NCBI RefSeq assembly: GCF_028368995.1
Contig: NZ_JAQNDL010000002.1
Span: forward strand, 1,184,001 to 1,248,000
Direction of reading: 5' to 3'
Origin: Nannocystis bainbridge
Lineage (GTDB): Bacteria > Myxococcota_A > Polyangia > Nannocystales > Nannocystaceae
DNA length: 64,000 bases
Position numbers and translations under genes: made by a program. Shown here piece after piece: positions 35,849 through 45,773 of the stretch. Every line of letters begins with the position of its first letter. Position 1 is the stretch's first letter. A model generated the notes under the pieces. It was not told the DNA's origin. It made no database searches and saw only the letters and a list, made by a program, of their open reading frames with translations.

Positions 35849-36054
35849 GGTGCCGCGAGGCTACCGCAGGAGATGCTTCAGGGGCCATCGGGGCCGCGAG
35901 GCGTGGCGAGCCGCGGCGAGTCGTGGCGGGCGAGCCGTATCAGGCGGCAGCGGGCGGCGTTCTGCCGGGGAGCAGGCTGGGCGCTCGCCTGGTACTCGTG
36001 GCGCGGCCGGAAGGTGCGACCGAGCGGCCCAGCGGGGATGCCGACAGCCGGCGT

Positions 36055-36777
36055 TCAGCGCAGGGTCACGTGGGCGCGCTCGTGGATGTGCGGGAGGGCG
36101 TTGAAGACCCGCAGCTGCATCTCGCCGGGGCGGTAGGCGAGCTCGGTCAGCGAGGCGTTGTGGACGATGAAGCTGGTCTTGAGGCCAGCCCAGGTGTCGA
36201 GCCCGAGCGCCAGCGCCGTGACGACGCCGACCGGCCCGGCCGAGCTGACGACGAGCACGGTGCTGCGGCGCGGGTGCTGCTGCATGACCCGCTCGAGGCC
36301 GCGGGCGACGCGGCCCTGGAACGCGGCGAACGGCTCGACCGCGGGGTGCTCGACGCGACCCTCGTGCCAGCGGCGCATGGCGGCCTGGAACACCAGCTCG
36401 AAGGCCCGCTGGTGACCGGGGCTGCCGCGCTCGGCGCCCATCCAGGCGGTGGCGAGGGCGGCGAGCTCGGGGTCGGCCTCGCACAGCGCGGGCATGGCGT
36501 CCTTCATCAGCGCGATCGCGGGGTACTCGTCGAACTCGAGCAGCTCGCTCGGCGCGGGGAACTCGGCGCCGGCCTGCTGCGCGCCGGCGACCAGCAGCGC
36601 GGCGGTGTCGCGCTGACGCTTGCGCGGGCCGGCGTAGATCGCCTGCGGCGGATCGATCATGCCCGCGAGGTAGCGACCGAGGGCGCTGGCCTGCTGCTCG
36701 CCGAGCGGGGAGAGCACGTCGTAGTCGGCGGCGCCGAGCGACGCCTGGCCGTGGCGGATGATCAGCAGTCGGCTCAC
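36055..36777 (-). CDS. Histidine phosphatase family protein
   Basis: LIIRHGQAS, RQRDTA, VSSAGPV, NASLTE. Start GTG 36777. Confidence 0.9.
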   Translation of the reverse strand: MSRLLIIRHGQASLGAADYDVLSPLGEQQASALGRYLAGMIDPPQAIYAGPRKRQRDTAALLVAGAQQAGAEFPAPSELLEFDEYPAIALMKDAMPALCEADPELAALATAWMGAERGSPGHQRAFELVFQAAMRRWHEGRVEHPAVEPFAAFQGRVARGLERVMQQHPRRSTVLVVSSAGPVGVVTALALGLDTWAGLKTSFIVHNASLTELAYRPGEMQLRVFNALPHIHERAHVTLR

Positions 36778-36884
36778 GCCGGCGATCGTGCCCGCGGCGG
36801 TGGGCCGGATCAATCCGAGCGGCGCCAGCCTCGCGTGTGCGGGGGCACGAGCGGGCGCGGCCGACGACGCTCGCCGGTACGAAG

Positions 36885-37030
36885 GGACATGTCCTTCGGG
36901 GCATGTGTGTGTCGCTGCGACGCGTCGAACGGCGGGCGGGTCGCGTACGGGGATCGGTCCGAAAGGGCATGTCCTTCGGGACATGGGCGAACGGACATGT
37001 TCAAAACGGCATGCGCGAAAGGACAGGTCC
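36885..37030. repeat. 14-bp-phased array
   Basis: 36888/36902; then 36968, 36982, 36996, 37010, 37024. Confidence 0.88.
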
Positions 37031-37061
37031 TTGCGGAGCCTGTCCTCGGTGCCGGCGCGGC

Positions 37062-37427
37062 TCAGCGCTTCGAGATCTCGGCGTCGAGCTGGCGCTCGAT
37101 CGCCTCGAGCTCTCGCATCTTGCGCTCGAAGTCGTCGCCGCCGCTGCGCTTGCGGCCGGGGCCGAGGGCGCGGGCGCTGCGGCCGCCGGTGACGGCCTTG
37201 CGCTCGCCGCTGCCGGCGACCAGGCGGTAGCCGATGTAGCCGGCGCCGGCGAGGGCGCCGACGAACAGGACGTTGCCCAGGACGGCGAAGAACAGGCCGA
37301 ACACCATGCGGGCGGCGATCATCAGGGCGAACAGGCCGCCGAGCACGAGCAGCGAACCCTTGGCGAAGCGAGAGGCGACGCTGGGGCGATCGTCGTCGTC
37401 ATGTTCGTAGGAACCCATGGACATCAT
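37062..37427 (-). CDS. Small two-TM membrane protein with coiled-coil C-terminus
   Basis: Two hydrophobic helices, FERKMRELEAIERQLD tail, GC3-rich. Confidence 0.75.
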   Translation of the reverse strand: MMSMGSYEHDDDDRPSVASRFAKGSLLVLGGLFALMIAARMVFGLFFAVLGNVLFVGALAGAGYIGYRLVAGSGERKAVTGGRSARALGPGRKRSGGDDFERKMRELEAIERQLDAEISKR

Positions 37428-37543
37428 GGATAGGCGATGGCGGAGGCGGTGGCAAACCCTCCGGCGCGGTCGGCCGCCAGGTCGCCCGGTGCGGGCCGAT
37501 GCGCGGTCCCGGCGAGGCTGCGGGCCTTAAAGTCACACGCGCG

Positions 37544-39388
37544 TCACGGCCCTGCAGGGGGCCGCGGAGCGGCGGCCGGGTCCGGCGAGTCGAGGGCGCC
37601 ATCGCCGGGCAAGCGCGCGCCAGGGGTCGCCTTGCGCGGCAAGGAGGCCGGCTTCGGGCGCGCCGCGGGCCATCCGCCGTCGAGCGGTGCGGGGGCCTCG
37701 GCGCCTGGGACGGGCGGGGAGGACCGGGGCGGCGTGGGCGTCGATGGGGCGACCGGGGCGAGGGCGTGCTCCGGGGGCGAGGCGGGGAGGTCTGCTGCAG
37801 GTGGAGCGACACTCGTCGCTGCGTCCGGGCCCTCGCTGGCCGGGAGCCGGTCTGTGGGGTGCTCGTCGGCGCCCGAGCAGTCGTCGGGCTGCGGGTCGGT
37901 GCAGGGGCCCTCGGGGTCGTCGGTGGACTCCAGGGGCGAGCTGGGGACGGGAGGACCCATGCGGCTCGTCGCGGCGTCGGACGGGGAATACGCCGCGGCG
38001 CGCCGGGTCGACAGCGCGACGGCGCCGTCGAGCGAGCCGCCGATCGCGGTCCGCAGCGGCGCAGGCCGCAGCGAGCCGCTGACGATGCCGGCGGTGACGA
38101 GGGCCAGCCCGGCCGCGACCAGCAGCGGGACCAGGCGACGCGGCCACAAGCCGCGCGCGGGGGGCTCGGACGGCGGCGCGACCCAGCGAGCGGCGGAGTC
38201 GCTGGCGCGGCCGTAGGGCAGGGTGGGCGCGCTGTCGTGGAGCGAGGCGTCGCGCGACAGCGAGGCGCTGCTGCTGGCGGCGCCGGCGGTCGAGTCGCCG
38301 GCCTCGAGCACGTCGCGCCAGGGGTGCTCGCCGGTGCTGGCGGCGTCGGAGGCCGGCACGAGGCCGGCGCGGCCCGACAGGCGGGCCCGGTCGACCCGCA
38401 TGCTGATGGCCGAAGCCCGCGGCTCGAGGTGCTCGGTGAAGTCGTCGGCGTCGCTGTCGAGCGTGCCGCTGAATTGCAGCCGACCCACTTCGATCGCCGC
38501 CATCGCGTTGGCGAGCGCCATCACGGTGGGCCAGCGATCGTCGGGCGATTTGGCGAGCGCGCGCAGGACGATGGCCTCGAGCTCGGCGGGGATCCGGCGC
38601 CGCACGGCCGCGGAGAACGGCGGAGGCGGGGTGATGAGGTGCGCCGCGAGCACGTGGGCCGGCCGCGCGTCGACGAACGGGACCCGCCCGGTGAGGCACT
38701 CGTAGAGGATGACGCCGAGCGCGTAGACGTCGGTGCGGCGATCGATGACGCCGGTGCTGATCTGCTCGGGCGCGGCGTAGCGGGCCAGCTGCAGCGCGGC
38801 GCCGGGCTCGGCGCACGACCACACGCGGCCGCCGCTGGCGACCAGCAGGCCCGGGCTGACGACCTTGAGCGTGCCCGGGTCGTTCTTGTCGCGCACCGGG
38901 TAGAGGCTGCTGGTCGAGAGATCCTGGCGGATCACCCCGTGCTCGTGGGACAGGTGCACGATCTGGCAGGCGCGCACCATCAACGAGCGCAGCCGCTGCC
39001 ACCGCGGCGGACCCTGCCGCGCCAGCTCGTCGGCCAGGCTGGCGTCGGGGAACACGTCGGTGACGAGGTACAGCCGATCGCAGGCGTCGTGGCCGAGATC
39101 GAGGAGATCGACCAGGTCGGCGAGCAGCGGCGAGTCGCCGCGCGGGAGCCGGAGGTTGCGGGTGCGCCGGAGGTCGAGCCGCGCCAGCAGCTCGTCGCCG
39201 CCGCTCAGCTCGGGGGTCACGAACCTCACCGCGACCGTGCGCGCGAGCTCGAGATCCTCGGCGCGCACGAGCTCGCCGAGCGCGTCACGGCCGAGCCGGG
39301 TGACGAGGCGATAACGACCGGCCAGGAGTGAACCTGGCCCCGGGGCCATCAGGCCGTCGGCGCGCGGTCTGTCGTCGGTGCTCGCCAT
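37544..39388 (-). CDS. Membrane Ser/Thr kinase-like protein, probable pseudokinase
   Basis: GRYRL, YAAPEQ, DVYALGVILYE.LTG retained; catalytic motifs altered (VAVR, RQDLSTSSL, VVSPG). TM segment and Pro-rich tail. The track's 2923-aa ORF is an antisense extension. Confidence 0.85.
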   Translation of the reverse strand: MASTDDRPRADGLMAPGPGSLLAGRYRLVTRLGRDALGELVRAEDLELARTVAVRFVTPELSGGDELLARLDLRRTRNLRLPRGDSPLLADLVDLLDLGHDACDRLYLVTDVFPDASLADELARQGPPRWQRLRSLMVRACQIVHLSHEHGVIRQDLSTSSLYPVRDKNDPGTLKVVSPGLLVASGGRVWSCAEPGAALQLARYAAPEQISTGVIDRRTDVYALGVILYECLTGRVPFVDARPAHVLAAHLITPPPPFSAAVRRRIPAELEAIVLRALAKSPDDRWPTVMALANAMAAIEVGRLQFSGTLDSDADDFTEHLEPRASAISMRVDRARLSGRAGLVPASDAASTGEHPWRDVLEAGDSTAGAASSSASLSRDASLHDSAPTLPYGRASDSAARWVAPPSEPPARGLWPRRLVPLLVAAGLALVTAGIVSGSLRPAPLRTAIGGSLDGAVALSTRRAAAYSPSDAATSRMGPPVPSSPLESTDDPEGPCTDPQPDDCSGADEHPTDRLPASEGPDAATSVAPPAADLPASPPEHALAPVAPSTPTPPRSSPPVPGAEAPAPLDGGWPAARPKPASLPRKATPGARLPGDGALDSPDPAAAPRPPAGP

Positions 39389-39697
39389 GGGTCCGTCGCA
39401 AGCATAGTGACCAGCGGGCGAGCGAGCGCAACAAATTTGCTTTTTGGCGGCTGACCTTTGGGCCAGATCGATCTCGAGGCGGCGGCGGCGACGATCGGCG
39501 GCGGCGAACGAGCGGGGTCGCGGCGCCGATGTGCGGTCGCTACGGCGCCGGTCGCGAGATCGCGGCGGCGAGCCGGGCGAGCGGTCTGCGGTGTTCGCGC
39601 GAAATGCCCGAATCGGCGCAACTGCGGCGGATTTCCGGTCGCATGCGGCCGGGCTACAGGTCGATCGGGCCCCGGATCGGGCATACTCGCGGGCACC

Positions 39698-42600
39698 GTG
39701 GCGCAGCAAGACGACAAGGGTGGAAAGCCCGCGAGCACTCCGGGTCGGCCTCCTATCACTCTCCCCGGCGGGCCGCTGCGGGACGACGAGATTCCCCGCG
39801 ATCCCGCGGATCTCTTCGACGCCATCATCGTCGACGAGCGAGCGACCGGGCTGGGCGTGGCTGCCCGTCCGGGGGCCATCCCGCCGATGCCGACGATGCC
39901 GCCGATGGAGGTCGACATCGACGAGGAGATCGAGCTGCAAGCGGACGAACCGGCGCGGCCCCCCTCGCGGCCGGTGCCGCCGGCGCCGCGAGCGCCCGAG
40001 ATCAAGGCCGACAAGCCGGAGCCGAGCAAGCCGGCGCCGGCGCCCACCAGGCCGGAGCCGTCGCGGCCGTTTGCCAAGCTCAGCGAGCCCAAGCCGGCGG
40101 CCGAGTCCGGCAAGCCGGCGCCGCCGACGTTCGGGGCCGGCGGGCTCGGCAAGAGCCTCGGCTCCATGCCGATGCGTGGGGTCTCGCGGCCCACGCCGGC
40201 GCTCGGCAATACGACGCTGATCGGCAGCGGGCCGACGGCCAAGGCGCCGTCGCAGCCGCAACCGGCCGCGCCGGGGTCGCCGCTGGTGGTCCCGCCCGGT
40301 CGCAGGCCTGACGAGTCCGGCACCCGCAAGACGGTCGCCGACGATCTCGAGGTCGATCTCGAGAGCGACGTGCCGGCGGCCGCGCCGAGCATCGACGTGC
40401 TGGCGGTGACCGCCCGCGACGGCGAGATCGATCCGGCGGTGGTGCAGGCGGCGAGGGCCGAGGTCCCGCGCGCCTCCGAGTCGGCGACGCGGCTCTCCAA
40501 CCCCGACACCACGCCGCGGCCCGGTCCGGCGGCGCCGATGCCCGAGGCGCTGCGCACCCGCCTGCTGGCCCGCGGCGCGCCGCCTCCCGGTCCCAGAGGA
40601 CAGGCTCCTTCGGACAGGTCCCCTGTGCCAGGTGCTCCAGGACAGGTCCTTGGGGACAGGTCCTCGGGGCCAGCTCCGCTCGCGCCCGGCGAGCCGCCGC
40701 GCTCGCGGACCACGCCGATGTCGGGCCCCTCGGGGGTGCCGGCGACCGGCGCTCGCGGGCCCTCGGGGCCGGTGACGCGGACCATCTCGAGCCCGGCGAT
40801 GGCGGCCGAGAACCCGTTCCTGCGCGCGGCCCAGGCCCAGATCGAGGCGTGGGAGGCCGAGCTGGCGACCCAGCCCGACCTGTTCCGCGCGGCCCGGCTG
40901 TCGTACGAGATCGGCCGGCTCTACGAGTACCCGCTCGGCGACGTGGTCCAGGCCGGGACCTACTACCTGCGCGCGCACGGGCTGGCGCCCGAGTTTTTGC
41001 CGGTGGTCCGCGGGGCGCGGCGCTCGCTGCTGGCGCAGAAGAACTGGTCGCGCGCGCTGCCGCTGTTCGACACCGAGATCCGGCTGACGTCGGAGCAGAA
41101 GCGCAAGGCGGCGCTGCTGGCCGCCAAGGCGACGGTGCTGCTCGACGGGCTGGCCAACGACGGCGAGGCGCGGGCGACGTTCGCCCAGGCCCGCGACCTC
41201 GACCCGAGCAACGTCGCCTACCTGCGGGCGCTCGAGCAGCTCGACGCCAAGGCCGGCGCGTGGGACCAGCTCGAGCGGACGACCGCGCAGCTGGCCAGCG
41301 CGGTCGAGAAGGACCCGCGCCTGCGCTCGGCGCTGGTGGCCCGCCGGGCCCACCTGGCCGAGGTGCGGCTCAAGAGCGTCGGCAGCTCGGTGGAGCTGCT
41401 CGAGACGGCGCTCGACCTCGATCCGGCGGCGTCGGGCGCGTTCGCGGCGCTCAAGCGCCTGCACCACGGGCAGCACCGCTGGCGCGAGCTCATCAGCGTG
41501 CTCGAGCGCGAGGCCCAGCAGCTGGGCGATCCCGACGTGCGGGCGATGTCCTACTACCGGATCGCCCGCCTGCACTCGGAGCGGCTCGGCAGCCGCGACA
41601 AGGCGATCGCCGCGCTCGAGCGCTCGGTCGCCGAGAGCCCGCGCTACCGCCTGGTGCTCGAGGAGCTGATCCGCCTGTACGAGGCCGCGGAGCGCTACGA
41701 CGCGATGACGCACACGCTGCAGGCGCTGGTCGAGCTGCTCGAGCTGCCGTCGGAGAAGATCAGCGTCCTCTACCAGATCGGCGACATCGTCGAGCACCGC
41801 CTGCACAACGAGGACGAGGCGATGGAGTGGTACGAGGCGGCGCTGGAGATCGAGCCGGCTTACCGCCCGAGCCTGCGCGCGCTGTCGAAGCTGCTGACGC
41901 GCAAGAAGCAGTGGGACCGGCTGCTGCACATGCTGCAGGCCGAGGCCGAGGCGGTCAACGACGGCACGCGGGCGGCCGCGGCGTACACCAAGATGGCGGA
42001 GATCCACGAGGTCCAGCTCGAGGATCCGGAGCGGGCGATGGAGTACCACTCGCGCGCGCTGACGCTGCACCCGGGCCTGGCGACGGCGTTCAAGGCGCTG
42101 CTGCGGCTGTTCGCCGCCTCGGGCCGCCACCACGAGCTCATCGAGCTGCTCGAGCGCGGCATCGACTCGGCCGAGGAGGACGATCGCCGGATCGCGTACC
42201 TCACCCGCATCGCCGACCTCTACGTCGACTACCTCAACGAGCCGGTCCAGGCCGCGCACACGTACCGCCGGATCCTCAAGATCGACCCCGACCACATCGG
42301 GGCGATCCACGCGCTGCAGCGGGCCTGCGAGCTGGCCGGGCGCTACAAGGAGCTGGTCGAGGCGATCGAGCTCGAGGCGAGCAAGACGCTCGACAAGCCG
42401 CGCATCGTCCAGCTGCTCCACCGCGCCGGCGAGGTGCTCGACGAGAAGCTCGACGACCGCGACGGCGCGCTGGTCCGCCTGCGCCGCGTGCTCGAGGTCG
42501 ACCCGAAGTACGCGCCGGCGCTGGCGAGCATCGGTCGCCTGTACCATCGGACAGGTCGCTGGGACGAGCTGCTGCACACCTACGAGCGCGAGCTGGCGAT

Positions 42601-45600
42601 CACGCCGCCGGGCAAGGCCGCGGTGGCGCTGCTGCACACCATGGGCGGGCTGTGCGAGAGCCGGCTGGCCGACACGCGGCGGGCGATCGGCTGCTACCGC
42701 AACGCGATCGAGATCGACGCCAAGCACGGGCCGTCGCTGCACGCGCTGCAGCGGCTGCTCGAGCGCGGCAAGAGCTGGCAGGAGTTGGTCGACGTGCTCG
42801 AGGTCGAGCTGCGCGGGCTGTCGGAGCCGCGGGCCCGGGCGCAGGTGGCGTACCGGGTCGGCCGCGTGTACGAGGAGCACCTGACCGACGCGCCGCGGGC
42901 GGTGGTCGCCTACCAGGCGGCGCTGCAGGCTCTCGGCGACTATCGACCGGCGCTCGACGGCCTGGCCCGCGTGCGCGCGGCGCTCGAGGCATGGCCCGGG
43001 GTGGTCGAGGACCTGGCCCAAGAGGCAGCCACGGCCAAGGACGGATCGCTGGCGACCGCGGCGCTGCTGCGCGCCGGCGAGGTGTTCGCCGAGCAGCTCG
43101 GCCAGCCGGAGCGGGCCATCGCCGCCTACGAGCGGGTGCTCGAGCGCGAGCAGGGCAACCTCGCGGCGATGCTGGCCCTCGACGCGCTGTACCGCCAGCA
43201 GGGCATGTGGAAGTCGCTGGCCGACCTGCAGGTGCGGCTGTCGAAGCACGTCGGCGACGAGGGCGCCAAGGTGGCGGCGCTGCGCGAGCTGGCCCGCCTC
43301 TACGAGGGCCCGGTCGGCGCCGACATCGACACCATCCGCAACACCTACGGGGCGGTGCTGCAGCGCGCGCCCACCGATCCGGTCGCGCTCGCGGGGCTCG
43401 AGCGGCTGGCGCTCGCGGGGCGCGACGATCAGACGCTGGCCCGCATCGACGCCCAGATCGTCGGCATGGAGGGCGAGGACCCGACGCTGCTCGGCGCCTA
43501 CTACACGCGCCTCGGCGAGACGCTCGAGCGCGCCGGCTCGCTGCAAGCCGCGGCCAAGAGCTACGAGATGGCGCTCACCGGCGATCCAGAGAGCCTCGGG
43601 GCGATCCTCGGGCTCGTGCGCGTGTCGACGCTGATCGACGACCCGCGGGCGCTGGCGGCCGCCAAGGCGCGCCTGGCCGCGGCCGAGCGCAGCGGCGAGA
43701 CGGCGGCGGGCCTGCTGGTCGAGACGGCCAAGATCCGGCTGCAGCGGCTCGACGATCCGGAGGCCGCGACGCGGGACCTCGAGCTCGCGCTCGAGCGCTA
43801 CCCCGATCACGCCGAGGCCGCCGACATGCTCTACAAGATCCTGCTCATGCTCGAGCAGGGCACGCGCCTGCTCGAGAAGCTGTCGCAGGCGGCGGCGGCG
43901 GCCCGCGGGGCCGAGCGGTCGGCGGCGTTGTGGCTGCGGATCGCCGAGCTGTACGCCGACGAGCTCGGCAACCTGGCGGGCGGCATCAGCGTGTTGCGAC
44001 GTGTCCTTCGGGACAGGCCACGGCACGCGCCGATGTTGCTGTTCCTGGCCGACCTCTACAACCGCAACGCCCAGTGGGGCGACGCGGCCGAGATCTACGG
44101 CGAGATCCTGCAGGTCGCCAGCCAACCCGACGCGCTGTTCACCGCCAACCGCAACCTCGCCGGGCTGCTCGCCGATCACATCGGCGACCTGCCGCGCGCG
44201 CGTCAGTGCCTCGAAGCGGCGCTGCAGGTGCGGCCCGACGACCGCGGGGCGCTGCTGGCCCTCACCGACGTCTACGCCCGCATGGGCGACGGCGCGGCCG
44301 CGGCCGAGACGGCGCGGCGGCTGCTGCGGGCCTCGACGACCATCGACGACCGCGTGGCCGCGATCGTCCACCTCGCGCACATCGAGCTGCACCAGGGTCG
44401 CCGCATGCAGGGCCTCGAGGCGCTGCTCAGCGCGGTCGCGCTCGAGGGCCCCGACGGCGTCGCGGCCGGCGAGTACGCCAAGCAGGTCCAGTCCGCCGAC
44501 GACTGGGAGCTGTACGAGCAGGCGCTGATGCGGCACCTGCAGCAGGTCGCCGGCGACGACGCCAAGCTCGGGCGCGCTTACCTCGAGCTGGCGCGCGTGC
44601 AGGGCGAGGCGATGCAGCGCTCGGACAAGGCGATCGCCACGCTCGAGTTCGGCATCGCCGAGGTCAAGCAGAACCTCTCGCTGCGGCTCGCGCTCGGCGA
44701 GCGCCTGCGGGCCCAGGGCCTGGCCGATCAAGCCGGCGCCGTGTTCCGCCAGGCCGCAGGGTTCTACCCCGCGTCGCCCGATCCGTGGCGCGGGCTCGTG
44801 CAGTGCTACGTCGACCGCGGCAAGATGGCCGAGGCCGCGCTCGGGCTCGGGCCGCTGTGCGTGCTCGGAGCCGCGAGCGAGTCGGACATGCGGGCGCTGA
44901 GCCGCATGACCCCCAAGCCGGCGTCGGCGGCCCCGAACTCGTTCGCGCCCGAGGTGCTGCGGACCCACCTCGACCGCAGCCAGCAGGGCGCGGTCGCCGA
45001 GAAGCTCATCAACGCGATCAGCCTCAGCCTCAGCAAGCTGTACCTCGGAGACCTCACTCGCTTCAGCGTCAACGTGAAGGAGAAGATCACGGCGCGCTCG
45101 GGCAACCCGCTGCGCGCGTTCGTCGACAAGATCGCGGGGCTGTTCGGCCTGCCGGACTACGACCTCTACGTCTATCGCGGCGCCGGCACCACGGTCAGCC
45201 TCGAGTTCGGCGCGCTGCCGGTGGTGCTCGTGCCGGCCACGGTGCTGCGGCTGTCCGAGCCGCAGCAGGCGTTCGTCATCGCGCGGGCGCTCGCCTACGT
45301 GCAGCGCGGGCTGCAGGCTGTGACCCGCTTCAAGGCCTCCGAGTTGATGCTGATCCTCGCCGCCGCGGCCCGCACCGCCGCGCCCAACTACGGCTCGAAC
45401 CTCGCCGATCCGAGCGCGCTCGACGACCTCCAGCGGCGCATCGTCAAGGTGCTCGGGCGGCGCGAGCGGCAGGTGCTGCAGGACGTCTCGGCCGAATACG
45501 CTCAGTCGGCGCCGGTCGACTTCCATGCGTGGTACGCCGACCTCAAGACGACGTCGCTGCGCGCCGCGGCGCTCATCGCCGCCGACCTGCCGTCGTGTGC

Positions 45601-45751
45601 GGCCTTGCTGCGACAGGAGGACCAGGCGCTGCTGTACCTCGAGGGCGAGGAGCTCGTGTTCAACTCCGAGGTCATTGCCGACCTCCTGCGCTTCTGGTGC
45701 AGCGAGGGGGCGATCGATCTGCGCCGTCGCACCGGCCTCCTGTCGGGGTAA
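39698..45751 (+). CDS. Giant TPR-repeat protein (~2000 aa) with Pro-rich N-terminus
   Basis: Many myxobacterial-type TPR units (ALEQL, WDRLL, AIAAYERVL). Start GTG 39698 is tentative. Confidence 0.88.
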   Translation: MAQQDDKGGKPASTPGRPPITLPGGPLRDDEIPRDPADLFDAIIVDERATGLGVAARPGAIPPMPTMPPMEVDIDEEIELQADEPARPPSRPVPPAPRAPEIKADKPEPSKPAPAPTRPEPSRPFAKLSEPKPAAESGKPAPPTFGAGGLGKSLGSMPMRGVSRPTPALGNTTLIGSGPTAKAPSQPQPAAPGSPLVVPPGRRPDESGTRKTVADDLEVDLESDVPAAAPSIDVLAVTARDGEIDPAVVQAARAEVPRASESATRLSNPDTTPRPGPAAPMPEALRTRLLARGAPPPGPRGQAPSDRSPVPGAPGQVLGDRSSGPAPLAPGEPPRSRTTPMSGPSGVPATGARGPSGPVTRTISSPAMAAENPFLRAAQAQIEAWEAELATQPDLFRAARLSYEIGRLYEYPLGDVVQAGTYYLRAHGLAPEFLPVVRGARRSLLAQKNWSRALPLFDTEIRLTSEQKRKAALLAAKATVLLDGLANDGEARATFAQARDLDPSNVAYLRALEQLDAKAGAWDQLERTTAQLASAVEKDPRLRSALVARRAHLAEVRLKSVGSSVELLETALDLDPAASGAFAALKRLHHGQHRWRELISVLEREAQQLGDPDVRAMSYYRIARLHSERLGSRDKAIAALERSVAESPRYRLVLEELIRLYEAAERYDAMTHTLQALVELLELPSEKISVLYQIGDIVEHRLHNEDEAMEWYEAALEIEPAYRPSLRALSKLLTRKKQWDRLLHMLQAEAEAVNDGTRAAAAYTKMAEIHEVQLEDPERAMEYHSRALTLHPGLATAFKALLRLFAASGRHHELIELLERGIDSAEEDDRRIAYLTRIADLYVDYLNEPVQAAHTYRRILKIDPDHIGAIHALQRACELAGRYKELVEAIELEASKTLDKPRIVQLLHRAGEVLDEKLDDRDGALVRLRRVLEVDPKYAPALASIGRLYHRTGRWDELLHTYERELAITPPGKAAVALLHTMGGLCESRLADTRRAIGCYRNAIEIDAKHGPSLHALQRLLERGKSWQELVDVLEVELRGLSEPRARAQVAYRVGRVYEEHLTDAPRAVVAYQAALQALGDYRPALDGLARVRAALEAWPGVVEDLAQEAATAKDGSLATAALLRAGEVFAEQLGQPERAIAAYERVLEREQGNLAAMLALDALYRQQGMWKSLADLQVRLSKHVGDEGAKVAALRELARLYEGPVGADIDTIRNTYGAVLQRAPTDPVALAGLERLALAGRDDQTLARIDAQIVGMEGEDPTLLGAYYTRLGETLERAGSLQAAAKSYEMALTGDPESLGAILGLVRVSTLIDDPRALAAAKARLAAAERSGETAAGLLVETAKIRLQRLDDPEAATRDLELALERYPDHAEAADMLYKILLMLEQGTRLLEKLSQAAAAARGAERSAALWLRIAELYADELGNLAGGISVLRRVLRDRPRHAPMLLFLADLYNRNAQWGDAAEIYGEILQVASQPDALFTANRNLAGLLADHIGDLPRARQCLEAALQVRPDDRGALLALTDVYARMGDGAAAAETARRLLRASTTIDDRVAAIVHLAHIELHQGRRMQGLEALLSAVALEGPDGVAAGEYAKQVQSADDWELYEQALMRHLQQVAGDDAKLGRAYLELARVQGEAMQRSDKAIATLEFGIAEVKQNLSLRLALGERLRAQGLADQAGAVFRQAAGFYPASPDPWRGLVQCYVDRGKMAEAALGLGPLCVLGAASESDMRALSRMTPKPASAAPNSFAPEVLRTHLDRSQQGAVAEKLINAISLSLSKLYLGDLTRFSVNVKEKITARSGNPLRAFVDKIAGLFGLPDYDLYVYRGAGTTVSLEFGALPVVLVPATVLRLSEPQQAFVIARALAYVQRGLQAVTRFKASELMLILAAAARTAAPNYGSNLADPSALDDLQRRIVKVLGRRERQVLQDVSAEYAQSAPVDFHAWYADLKTTSLRAAALIAADLPSCAALLRQEDQALLYLEGEELVFNSEVIADLLRFWCSEGAIDLRRRTGLLSG
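40598..40675. repeat. 14-bp-phased array inside the TPR CDS
   Basis: CAGG at 40601, 40615, 40629, 40643, 40657; CAGC at 40671. Confidence 0.85.
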
Positions 45752-45773
45752 CATCCCCGGCCGGAGGTTGGAC

